DNA from: a virus
Taxonomy: Duplodnaviria; Caudoviricetes
DNA: 40,301 bases
Virus record (IMG/VR): IMGVR_UViG_3300027711_000006
Coordinates: 1 to 40,301 of that record
Direction: 5' to 3' (one strand)
The notes below the pieces were generated by a model. It saw only the letters and a program-made list of their open reading frames with translations, was not told the DNA's origin and did not search any database. The translations under genes and the position numbers were made by a program. Positions 27,598-35,435 of the stretch are shown piece by piece; positions within the stretch are counted from its first letter, which is position 1; each line of letters opens with the position of its first letter.

Positions 27598-28839
27598 TCA
27601 GGCGGTGAGCAACCCCATCCGGTCGGCCAGTTGAGAGGCCCGCCGCTGTCGCCGTCCGTCCCTTTCGTCCAGCTCCTCCAGGAGGATCCGACGCGCGTAC
27701 CCGCTGTACCGGATCGTCTCAGGGGCCGCTTCGTGTGCGGCCTCCAGTACCTCCAGGGCGGCATCGGGTTGGGCGTCGAGGTAGTAGGCGCGGGCCTGCT
27801 CGATCTGGTGGCGTGCGCGCCGGGGCCGGGAGGGGATCGCCGCATCAGGGGCGTGCTGGGCTTGGCGGACGGACTCCCCGCCGGCCCGTAGCTCCACGGC
27901 GATGGTGACGGCGTGCGCGCCCATGATCGATTGGGAGAACGAGGTGACGGGGTGGTAGTAGTCGCGGGGGAGTCGTGCGGCCACATCGTTCGCTGCGTCC
28001 CACTGGCCCCACGCCGCTCCGATCTCTCCGCGGCGGGCGGCGGTGTACCCGCCCTCGAACAGGGTGGCGCCGTGGATCGCGGCGACGTCGGTGTTGGCAA
28101 CATCGGTGTACCTGTTGAGGAGGGTGAGGGTTTGGGAGGTGACGACATCGGCGGCGTCCCAGTCGCCGGCGTCCCGGTGGGCTTGGGCCATGAGCCAGGA
28201 GGCGACACCGATGGCGTGCAGGTCTCCGCTGTCTTGGGCGGCGACCATGCCGCGCTCGGCGACACGCCACAGCAGGTCTTGGGCGGGCTGGTAGGCGACG
28301 AAGAACTGGGTGAGTGCGTACACCTCGGCAAGGACGGCTTGGGCGGCGCGGCGGGTGGTGCGGTCCTCGGCCTGGTGGGCGGCGAGCTGGGCGTCGGCGA
28401 TCAGGTCAGGTAGCAGTCTGCCGAGCACTTCACGGTGGTGGGGTGAGGAGTGGCGCGCTGTCCAGGCTTGGCCCAGTCGGGCACGTAGGTGCTCCACGGG
28501 GGGTGCTTGGCGGTCGGTGAGGGCGGGCATCGCGTTGATCGCGGCTCGCACTTCAGGTAGCCGGGTGTGCCCGGGGCCGGTGAACAAGCTGATCGGCATG
28601 GACTGGTCTCCGGTGAGCTGGGCGAGGTCCCGCACCCTGAGGGCTTCGGCGAGCCGGAGCAGCATGGCGAGTTTGGGGGTTTGAAGGCGCCCGACCTCTA
28701 CTGCTTTGACCCAGGACCCGGATTTGCCGACGAGACCGGCGAGGACTTCGCGGGTCATACCGCGGCGTGTGCGTTGGATTTTCAGGCGTTGTCCGAAGGT
28801 GAGTTCCGTGTCTTCGGGTGTAGGGGTATCGTGGGACAT
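27598..28839 (-). CDS. XRE-family HTH transcriptional regulator with large helical C-terminal domain
   Basis: FGQRLKIQRTRRGMTREVLAGLVGKSGSWVKAVEVGRL; AAPETIRY C-terminus typical of actinomycete XREs. Confidence 0.9.
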   Translation of the reverse strand: MSHDTPTPEDTELTFGQRLKIQRTRRGMTREVLAGLVGKSGSWVKAVEVGRLQTPKLAMLLRLAEALRVRDLAQLTGDQSMPISLFTGPGHTRLPEVRAAINAMPALTDRQAPPVEHLRARLGQAWTARHSSPHHREVLGRLLPDLIADAQLAAHQAEDRTTRRAAQAVLAEVYALTQFFVAYQPAQDLLWRVAERGMVAAQDSGDLHAIGVASWLMAQAHRDAGDWDAADVVTSQTLTLLNRYTDVANTDVAAIHGATLFEGGYTAARRGEIGAAWGQWDAANDVAARLPRDYYHPVTSFSQSIMGAHAVTIAVELRAGGESVRQAQHAPDAAIPSRPRRARHQIEQARAYYLDAQPDAALEVLEAAHEAAPETIRYSGYARRILLEELDERDGRRQRRASQLADRMGLLTA

Positions 28840-29057
28840 ATCAAGCCCCGCCTTCCTGGTTGTGAGCACTTCCAGGGTACGGCGGGGCTTTCGTCGTGTC
28901 AGGCGCACGGCCGGGCCGGGGCCGACCTTCTGGTCGTGGCCGCATCCGGCCATGGCCGTTGAGCAGGGCCCGACCGCGGGCACACCCCAAAGAGGAGCGG
29001 CACGCCTGTGCCGTGAAAACCCCTACGCACGCCCCCCTGCCAGAGGACAATGCCCTC

Positions 29058-29303
29058 ATGTACAGGATTGCGCTCAGCCACCAGGACACTGCCCGCCGTA
29101 AGATCACGCCCCGGCACAGGGACACCGCGTGCACGCTGGACGCCGCCTTGGCCAAAGTCCGCTCGTATTTGCCGGGGGTGGACCTGTCCAGCTTGTCTGA
29201 GGAGCGGGTGAATGCGTCGATCCGGCGCGTGAACGACTTCCGGTGCGATGTGCCTGGGGGGTCGGGGGTGGCGTGGCGTGTGGTGATCGCCCCGATGATG
29301 TGA
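29058..29303 (+). CDS. Hypothetical protein divergent from XRE
   Basis: GAGGA RBS, ATG 29058. Confidence 0.65.
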   Translation: MYRIALSHQDTARRKITPRHRDTACTLDAALAKVRSYLPGVDLSSLSEERVNASIRRVNDFRCDVPGGSGVAWRVVIAPMM

Positions 29304-29313
29304 GGAGCCCCCA

Positions 29314-29388
29314 ATGTGCAGGACATGTGACAGGCCGAAGAGCGGTGCGATCTGCAAGTTCTGCGGAGACTCACAGCCGCGGAAGTGA
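29314..29388 (+). CDS. 24-aa CxxC-x8-CxxC microprotein
   Basis: GAGGAG RBS; MCRTCDRPKSGAICKFCGDSQPRK. Confidence 0.55.
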   Translation: MCRTCDRPKSGAICKFCGDSQPRK

Positions 29389-29403
29389 ACCCGCGCATGC
29401 GAA

Positions 29404-29427
29404 GGGCCCTGCCGCACGGCAGGGCCC
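29404..29427. terminator. Hairpin between convergent operons
   Basis: GGGCCCTGCCG-CA-CGGCAGGGCCC perfect inverted repeat. Confidence 0.7.
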
Positions 29428-29441
29428 AAAGGGTGCGGGGG

Positions 29442-29738
29442 TCAGGTCCGGTCGGGTTCGTAGTACTCGACGGGCACACCCACCTGTTCGGCGTAGTCGG
29501 CTTCGGCCCGAACGGATTCCCCGATCGACCCGTCCGGCTTGCGGATGACCACGACGAGGTCGGAGCGGCGGATCTTCGCGCGATGCACCTCGGGCAGCAT
29601 GATGTTGCGCTGCTCGTCGGTGAGCGGGCCGACCATGGGTTCGGGGGCGAACACCAGGTGCCCATCGAGGGTGTACCAGCGGGCGGCTTCACGGATCAGG
29701 TCGGGGTGGGAAACGGACCCGCACAGGGTGACGATCAC
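29442..29738 (-). CDS. Nucleoside 2-deoxyribosyltransferase-like (NDT/DUF4406-like) protein
   Basis: VTLCGS, HRAKIRRSDLVVV, IGESVRAEADYA motifs. Confidence 0.75.
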   Translation of the reverse strand: MIVTLCGSVSHPDLIREAARWYTLDGHLVFAPEPMVGPLTDEQRNIMLPEVHRAKIRRSDLVVVIRKPDGSIGESVRAEADYAEQVGVPVEYYEPDRT

Positions 29739-30112
29739 TGCTCCTCCTTGCTGATCTCTCCGACGCGGGACAGCACGATGTCGCGTGCCCGCTGGAGTCC
29801 GGCGAGCTTCCCGGCCAGGTGTGGGTTGGTGGGGTCAGCGCTGATCGCTTCCTGGCACTTCTGCTCGTCGGCGACGATCTGCTCGACGAGTTCGGCGTCG
29901 GCGGCTTCTTTCTCCTCCCGCATACGGCGCTCCCACACCCGAGCTTCGGCTTCACGCGCCCATTCCATGCGGCGCTCGGTGTAGGCACGCCGGCCGTCCA
30001 GGTGAGAGGTGACCACGCCCATCACGTCGGTGGCGATGGTGTCCGTGTCGGCGTGCTCGTACCGGCCGCTGGCTGCGTCGATCACGGCCGCGATTTCCTC
30101 GTGCAAGCCCAT
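29735..30112 (-). CDS. Hypothetical protein
   Basis: Coupled stop/start overlaps; GAAGGAGG RBS. Confidence 0.7.
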   Translation of the reverse strand: MGLHEEIAAVIDAASGRYEHADTDTIATDVMGVVTSHLDGRRAYTERRMEWAREAEARVWERRMREEKEAADAELVEQIVADEQKCQEAISADPTNPHLAGKLAGLQRARDIVLSRVGEISKEEQ

Positions 30113-30543
30113 CACTTTCCTCCTTCGCTGAGCTGACGGGCGCGCTCCAGGGCTCGAATGGTCGGGCAGGGGTAGGGCGCGTCGTCGCCGTCGTACCGGG
30201 GGTGACATTCTCGGCAGACGGGCATTCCGGGGACGATGTCGTAGGGCGCGTGGACACGCCTCACGGCGCTGTGGATGCGCCGGCTCTCCTCCTCCAGTTC
30301 CCGCACCCGGGCCACCAGCGCGGGCACGTCCGTGCGGGCGTGAGCAGAGAAAGCGACGTCCGCTTCAGTGCCACGGTCCGCCGTGAGAATCACCAGTCCG
30401 ACGCCCGCCGTGGGGTGGTCCCGGTAGACGATGGGGAAAGGCTCGTTCCGGTAGGCGAAAGGGCCGCTATTTGGCCTCGGGTGGTGCTTCCACGGCCCTT
30501 CAGTGGCGGCGTTGGCGCGCGCTTCAATCGCGTCCAGGTCCAT
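30112..30543 (-). CDS. Ead/Ea22-like phage protein
   Basis: DLDAIEARANAATEGPW...ARTDVPALVARVRELE; C-terminal CxxC...YPCPT. Confidence 0.75.
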   Translation of the reverse strand: MDLDAIEARANAATEGPWKHHPRPNSGPFAYRNEPFPIVYRDHPTAGVGLVILTADRGTEADVAFSAHARTDVPALVARVRELEEESRRIHSAVRRVHAPYDIVPGMPVCRECHPRYDGDDAPYPCPTIRALERARQLSEGGK

Positions 30544-30737
30544 CACTGCTCTCCTCGTATGTCCTTGATGGCGCGCAGGTACCCGTAGTCCCACGGGTCT
30601 CCGCTGTAGTCCTGCTGGGCGGTTGCTTCAAGCTCGGAGAGGCGGGCTTCAACCACGCCCATCACGGCGTTGATGATGTCGTCGGCGCGGGGGTGGTCGT
30701 ACACGGCGTCGGTGATCTTGGCTCGCAGGTCGGTCAC
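30543..30737 (-). CDS. Hypothetical protein (partial paralog of 29735-30112)
   Basis: AVMGVV/DVMGVV shared motif; coupled overlaps. Confidence 0.65.
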   Translation of the reverse strand: MTDLRAKITDAVYDHPRADDIINAVMGVVEARLSELEATAQQDYSGDPWDYGYLRAIKDIRGEQ

Positions 30738-30913
30738 TGCTCCTCCTTGCTGGTGGTGCTGGTGGTGGTGTACACGTCCGCGCCGGGCGCGACTTTCTGC
30801 ACGGCGAGAGCGATCGCTTGGGCCATGTCGTCGGGGTCGCGGTTGCCGGCGGGCGCGGACACCACCACACACACGCGGGGCTCGGGGGTGGCGGGCTCCT
30901 CGTGTGGGCTCAT
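30734..30913 (-). CDS. Hypothetical protein
   Basis: GGAGG RBS; ATGA overlap. Confidence 0.6.
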   Translation of the reverse strand: MSPHEEPATPEPRVCVVVSAPAGNRDPDDMAQAIALAVQKVAPGADVYTTTSTTSKEEQ

Positions 30914-31098
30914 CGCTTTTCCTCCTTGACGGTGTGCGCGCCGGGGAACGCGACGGCGAGGTCCATGACTCCCGCCAGGAGCCGAACCCGCGGGTCCGCG
31001 CTGGGGTGTTCCTTCAGGGCTTCGGAGAGGTGGGCGAGCTCGTCTTTGGTGAGGTCGATGCGGTAGCCGCCGGTGAGGCGACGCTTTTTGATCTGCAT
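30910..31098 (-). CDS. Hypothetical protein
   Basis: GAGGAG RBS; in operon. Confidence 0.65.
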   Translation of the reverse strand: MQIKKRRLTGGYRIDLTKDELAHLSEALKEHPSADPRVRLLAGVMDLAVAFPGAHTVKEEKR

Positions 31099-31127
31099 GG
31101 GGTGGTCTCCTCGGTATCGTGTGTGCG

Positions 31128-31156
31128 GGCCGCCCCTGATAAGCGCAGGGGCGGCC
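31128..31156. terminator. Intergenic hairpin
   Basis: GGCCGCCCCTG-N7-CAGGGGCGGCC. Confidence 0.5.
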
Positions 31157-31170
31157 TTTCTCGTGGCCGG

Positions 31171-31506
31171 TCACGTGGTGGGCAGCAGGCTCTCGATGTA
31201 TCCGGCGCGCTTCACCAGCACGGCCAGGCGGTCGCGCAGTTCGGCGGCGGGTCCGCCTTCCAGGGGTTCGTGTTCGTCGTGGTGGGTGGCGAGCGCGTCA
31301 GCGATGGTGGTCAGCTCAGCGGCGGTGAAGCTGGAGCGGACCAGCGGCCCCCACGATTCGTTGACCTCGGCGTAGGTGTGCAGGTCGGGGTTGCCGGCAG
31401 CGACCAGTCGGGGCTGGTAGTTGTCGTTGAGGATGGCGTGCCAGGTGGTGCCGCGGGTGTCGGTGTAGGTGGTGCCTCGGGCGGTGTCAGCGAAAGTCAA
31501 GCTCAT
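31171..31506 (-). CDS. Hypothetical protein
   Basis: AAGGAG RBS; YTDTRGTTW...ESWGPLV pattern. Confidence 0.7.
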   Translation of the reverse strand: MSLTFADTARGTTYTDTRGTTWHAILNDNYQPRLVAAGNPDLHTYAEVNESWGPLVRSSFTAAELTTIADALATHHDEHEPLEGGPAAELRDRLAVLVKRAGYIESLLPTT

Positions 31507-31539
31507 CGGGGTTCTCCTTGTGTGTGTGCTGGTGTGCGG

Positions 31540-31671
31540 TTAGTTGGTGGTTTCTGCGAGTCCGCGTTCGTAGGCGGCGCGGGCTTCCTCGGTGAGGGCG
31601 TCGGGGTAGAGGGATTCGCCGCCGTTCTCTCCGTCGGCGCGGCCGATCTCGTAGGCGTCCTGCGGGTCCAC
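31540..31671 (-). CDS. 43-aa acidic protein
   Basis: GAAGGAG RBS before GTG; AYEIG...AYERG repeat. Confidence 0.6.
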   Translation of the reverse strand: MDPQDAYEIGRADGENGGESLYPDALTEEARAAYERGLAETTN

Positions 31672-31691
31672 GGGGTCTCCTTCGGGAGTGG

Positions 31692-32024
31692 TCAAGCGGC
31701 TTCGGTGTGGGTGTCGAGCAGCTCCAAGGTCCGCCACTGCTCGGTGTGCGCGTCGGCGTCCTGGTAGGTGATCCACTCTTCGCGGTCGGTGTGGCGGATG
31801 TGCAGGGTCGACCCGTCGCGGGACCAGCCGCCCTCGGGTGGGGTGTTGCGGAGTCGCTGGATGCGGGAGGCGATGGCTTCCTCAGGGGTGAGGGAGGTGC
31901 CCCGGGTGGTGTGTTCGGTGCGCACGCCGTGGCGGTGATCGTGGGTGATGTTGTGTACCCAGTGGGTGGTGGGGCGGTTGGCGAGGTTGGCGAGGTAAGC
32001 GGCGAGGCGTTCAGCGTCGGTCAT
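31692..32024 (-). CDS. Hypothetical protein
   Basis: GAAGGAGG RBS before ATG 32024. Confidence 0.7.
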   Translation of the reverse strand: MTDAERLAAYLANLANRPTTHWVHNITHDHRHGVRTEHTTRGTSLTPEEAIASRIQRLRNTPPEGGWSRDGSTLHIRHTDREEWITYQDADAHTEQWRTLELLDTHTEAA

Positions 32025-32058
32025 CAGGGCCTCCTTCGTAGCGGTCAGGCGGTGTGAG

Positions 32059-32469
32059 TTAGTGGATGTCCAGGTCGGTGCAGTCGGGGCAGCCTCCGCC
32101 CTCGCAGGTCGAGCACGGCCCCCACGGGATGGTGGCCTCGGTCCGGTGGAGGGGTAGGCGGCGCTCGCAGGCGCCGGGGTGGGCGCCGTAGGCGGTGGCG
32201 TTGATGTCGCCGTTGAGCACGGGCGTCTGCGCAGCACGGACGGCAGCGTCCACGAGCATCTCCACGACGAACTGCTGGTGCTTCGACGTGCACCCCATCT
32301 CCTTGGCCATGCGCATGCCCAGAACGGCCCACACGGTCGTCGGGTCCTCTCCGTTGGCTAGCTTCGTGCGGGCCTCTTCCACCAGGTGGCTGAACGTCTG
32401 CCAGGCGAGGGTTCGCTGCTGGTCGGCGGCGGCGATGGCCTTGGTGATCTGTTCATCTCGGTCGTTCAT
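32059..32469 (-). CDS. Hypothetical protein with C-terminal CxxC-GGG-CxxC
   Basis: First gene of leftward operon; GAAGGAG RBS. Confidence 0.7.
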   Translation of the reverse strand: MNDRDEQITKAIAAADQQRTLAWQTFSHLVEEARTKLANGEDPTTVWAVLGMRMAKEMGCTSKHQQFVVEMLVDAAVRAAQTPVLNGDINATAYGAHPGACERRLPLHRTEATIPWGPCSTCEGGGCPDCTDLDIH

Positions 32470-32490
32470 GGGGTGGCTCCTTCGCAGTCT

Positions 32491-32560
32491 TGTCTATGGC
32501 TTATAGACATCGTACTCAACACCCCACCCCTTTGTCCAACGTTCCTAGACAAGCTACGAT
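32491..32560. promoter_or_regulatory. Divergent promoters with two 19-bp operators TGTCYA-N7-TAGACA
   Basis: TGTCTATGGCTTATAGACA (32491-32509) and TGTCCAACGTTCCTAGACA (32533-32551); rightward TTGTCC-N17-TACGAT, leftward TGGACA-N18-TACGAT. Confidence 0.75.
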
Positions 32561-32566
32561 CGAAGC

Positions 32567-32776
32567 ATGACCGAACCCAAGATCCCCGGATACCTGTCAG
32601 CAACCGACATCGCCAAACAGCTCGGTGTGCGCGTCGAAACCATCCACCGCTACCGACACCGCAAGGAACTCCCACCTGAAGACGCGAAGTTCGGAAGGTC
32701 GCCTGCGTGGAAGGAGGAGACGATCGAGAAGTGGCGGAAGGAACGCGCGTCGGCGTCGTGGAACCGGAAGAAGTAG
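32567..32776 (+). CDS. Small HTH DNA-binding protein (AlpA/Xis-like), leaderless
   Basis: LSATDIAKQLGVRVETIHRYR...LPPED...GRSPAW. Confidence 0.88.
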   Translation: MTEPKIPGYLSATDIAKQLGVRVETIHRYRHRKELPPEDAKFGRSPAWKEETIEKWRKERASASWNRKK

Positions 32777-32781
32777 CGCCC

Positions 32782-32810
32782 TCGGCCCCCGCACGCGCGG
32801 GGGTTTCCGC
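32782..32810 (+). repeat. Solitary type I-E-like CRISPR repeat (or terminator hairpin)
   Basis: TCGGC-CCCCGC-ACGC-GCGGGG-GTTTCCGC fits the 5+6+4+6+8 I-E repeat layout. Confidence 0.45.
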
Positions 32811-32854
32811 TCACTCGTGCACGTGCAGAAGGGGTAAACTGGACCCCACAACCA

Positions 32855-32898
32855 AATAAAGCGAGCCCGTCCGGTGCTACCAACACCGAAACGGGCTC
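32855..32898 (-). terminator. Minus-strand terminator of candidate antisense RNA in rep leader
   Basis: GAGCCCGT..CGGTG/CACCG..ACGGGCTC stem followed on the minus strand by GCTTTATTT. Confidence 0.5.
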
Positions 32899-32938
32899 TG
32901 ACCACCCAACCTGACTACACCAGGAAAGGCGGCTAGGC

Positions 32939-33031
32939 ATGAAGCTTAGCTCTAGGGTAGCCCGTGCTCACGCATGGGGGGCTACCTTCTCCGACACACT
33001 CACGTTCCACCTCTCAGAGGTGACGCCGTGA
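32939..33031 (+). CDS. 30-aa leader peptide coupled to rep
   Basis: GGAAAGG RBS; TGA overlaps the rep GTG (GTGA). Confidence 0.45.
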   Translation: MKLSSRVARAHAWGATFSDTLTFHLSEVTP

Positions 33032-34134
33032 GCACTGACACCGACGAGGTCATCGAGTTCACCGGCCCCGCCAACGGCCGCTGGTTCTTCACCCAGATCC
33101 CCGACTGGATCGCACTCTGCCCTGACCTCAAAGACGGCGCATACCGCCTCTACGCCATCCTGCGCTCCCTCGTCCACGAGAAGCAGGACGACAGCATCCG
33201 AGTGCTCACACACGACCAGATCGCGTCCCTCATGGTCGGCAAGAACGGCAAGCCGTCCACCGTGTCCACGGTCAAGGCCCTCCTGCGCAACCTCGAAGAC
33301 GTCGGCCTCATCGAGCACCCCGACGGCTCCCGCATGGCATCCCCGACCGGGCGCGGCAACCCCAACGCGCAACTCCGCTACCGGCTCAACGATTGGCCGG
33401 ACAAGCAGCGGTACGCCGGATGGCGCAACGCCTACGACAAGCTCAAGTGGTACTCGAAGGACTGGGCAGAAACCCGAACCGACGTGGCCGGGGATGACTA
33501 CGCTGCGTGGCTGGCAGGCGAAGGAAAAACTTCGCCTACCCGTGACAACGAAGAGGGAGGCGAACAAAAAACCTCGCCTCAGGCGAAGAAAAAGACTCGC
33601 CACAGGCGAAGCTTTTCCTCTCAGGATTCGCCCACGACCAGCGGAAACGCTCCCTCTAATAAGTCTTCAGAACAAGCCTCTGTAACAACCTCTTCTTCTT
33701 CGGTGACCGCAGCCGACACCACCCCCACCGCAGGGGCGCAGGAGAAGAAGACGAAGACGACCACTCCAGAACAGATCATCATCAACAAGCTCAACGCCCC
33801 CGACGCCCAACCCCAAGGCGGGCCACCCACCCCCGACGAAGCCGCGACCATCAAACGACGAGTGATCTCCCAAGCCGCCGCTGACGGTGTACGCATCCGC
33901 TCGATCGAGGGGTACCTGTCCGGGCGGGATGTGGTTCTCCTGGAGCAGGACCTAGCGGCTGTGCGCGGCACCCAAACGACCGTTGACGGGTCGGCGGGTG
34001 GTTGGTCGTGGGAAGACCAGCTTCGCGCTGAAAGGCGCGCCAGGAACGGCGTGAAGGGCGGGGCGCGTGCTCCTGTCCCTGACCACACCTACTGGCAGAG
34101 CGTCACTGACGAGGACCTGAAGAACCTGCTCTAG
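33028..34134 (+). CDS. Replication initiator (N-terminal winged HTH)
   Basis: FTQIPDWI...AYRLYAIL...STVKALLRNLEDVGLI; low-complexity linker containing iterons. Confidence 0.8.
   Translation: MSTDTDEVIEFTGPANGRWFFTQIPDWIALCPDLKDGAYRLYAILRSLVHEKQDDSIRVLTHDQIASLMVGKNGKPSTVSTVKALLRNLEDVGLIEHPDGSRMASPTGRGNPNAQLRYRLNDWPDKQRYAGWRNAYDKLKWYSKDWAETRTDVAGDDYAAWLAGEGKTSPTRDNEEGGEQKTSPQAKKKTRHRRSFSSQDSPTTSGNAPSNKSSEQASVTTSSSSVTAADTTPTAGAQEKKTKTTTPEQIIINKLNAPDAQPQGGPPTPDEAATIKRRVISQAAADGVRIRSIEGYLSGRDVVLLEQDLAAVRGTQTTVDGSAGGWSWEDQLRAERRARNGVKGGARAPVPDHTYWQSVTDEDLKNLL
33516..33611. repeat. Origin iterons AGGCGAA-N8-YTCGCC
   Basis: 22-bp quasi-palindromes at 33516, 33558, 33581 and a half site at 33604, with A-tract centres. 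Confidence 0.8.
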
Positions 34135-34207
34135 CCCGAGGGGCGCCCGGTGAACCACCACCGGGCGTCCCTGACCTCCAACCTGAACCACCAGAAAGAA
34201 GCTCGAC

Positions 34208-34942
34208 ATGAACACCAAGCACGACCCCCTCGCCCTCTGGCGCAAGCTCGTCCGAAACGAAGACCCCACCCCTTCCAGCGCTGAAGTCGCCATGGCCTTC
34301 GCTGACCAAGCCACCGGCAAGCGAACCCCCCGGGAGTCCCTCCGGGCAGCAACCGGACTCAGCCTCACCACCATCAAGACATCCATCGACGGCCTGATGG
34401 GCGTGCACCTCATCGCGAATAACCCCGAACGAGAACGAAACCCGAAGGCTTCTCCGTTCGTGGCTTCTTTTCCCTCCGAGAAGGCGCCACCTCGCTCCCT
34501 CCCCAACCATGAGCATCTCCGCCCGATCCCGGTAGGAGGCGGGCGCACTGACATGTACTTCGACCACGCTGGCTACCTTGCCCAAGCGGGCTGGGAAGAG
34601 CAGAAACCGGGCGGCTCCAAGAGAACAGACGAAACGCTCCTGTACCACTACTACGACGCGCAGGACGTCCTGCTGTACATCGGGATCACGAACTCTCTCC
34701 CGAGGCGCCAGGCGTCGCATGAGGGCCGTTCCACGTGGATGGACTTCGCGGCCCGGTCCACCATGAAGCGCTTCCCTACCAGGGTGAGCGCGGAGGCTGT
34801 TGAGATGGCGTCGATCCGCCACCGCCGTCCTCTGTTCAACATCGAGCACAACGACTACCCGGACCGTGTCGCCCGCCTGGTGGACTACCTGATTGAGCGG
34901 GACCGGCGGGATCTGCTCGTGCCGCTGATCTCGCGCGGGTGA
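34208..34942 (+). CDS. HTH plus GIY-YIG nuclease-like protein
   Basis: N-terminal LRAATGLSLTTIKTSIDGL; LYHYYDAQDVLLYIGIT...RRQASH...E...PLFN. Confidence 0.78.
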   Translation: MNTKHDPLALWRKLVRNEDPTPSSAEVAMAFADQATGKRTPRESLRAATGLSLTTIKTSIDGLMGVHLIANNPERERNPKASPFVASFPSEKAPPRSLPNHEHLRPIPVGGGRTDMYFDHAGYLAQAGWEEQKPGGSKRTDETLLYHYYDAQDVLLYIGITNSLPRRQASHEGRSTWMDFAARSTMKRFPTRVSAEAVEMASIRHRRPLFNIEHNDYPDRVARLVDYLIERDRRDLLVPLISRG

Positions 34943-35011
34943 CCAACCCCCGGGGCGCTCCTGTCATGGGAGCGCCCCCACCCACCCCACAATCAGACCA
35001 GGAGGCACACC

Positions 35012-35380
35012 ATGGACCAGCCCACCCCGATCCTCGACAGCGGACACGGCGAACTCCCGCCCGCCCTGCTCGCCGCCGCCCCCGTGCACGCACACGTCAC
35101 CGCAGAGCAGGCGCACGACCTCGTCGGCCCCGTCAACGCCGCGCTCGCCCTACACGCACCCATCGTGTGCTTCGAGGACGCCGACAACGTCGGCGGCAGC
35201 CCCGACGACTGCGGGCACTGCGGGAACCCGACCAGCGAAGGCCACTACCGCGACGGGTGGTACGGCAACCTGCTGTGCCCCAAGAGCCCGACCCTGTGGT
35301 GCAGCCACTGCTTGGACGGGCAGGGCGGATACGCCGTCTGGCCGTGCGCGACCGTGAAGGCTCTCACCGCGGCCGCCTGA
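35012..35380 (+). CDS. Hypothetical Cys-rich protein
   Basis: LHAP...CGHC...CSHC...WPCAT; GGAGG RBS. Confidence 0.7.
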   Translation: MDQPTPILDSGHGELPPALLAAAPVHAHVTAEQAHDLVGPVNAALALHAPIVCFEDADNVGGSPDDCGHCGNPTSEGHYRDGWYGNLLCPKSPTLWCSHCLDGQGGYAVWPCATVKALTAAA

Positions 35381-35435
35381 CCCTCGGGGCGTCCGACACC
35401 AGGACGCCCCAACCATCAACCCCCATGGAGAGAAC

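Noticed and set aside
28808-28816. 9-nt match (GTGTCTTCG) between the spacer and the XRE gene
   Set aside because: Could easily be chance; no seed match or PAM support.
32567-32776. HTH as excisionase of an integration module
   Set aside because: No integrase or att-linked tRNA nearby; flanking operators favour a repressor role.
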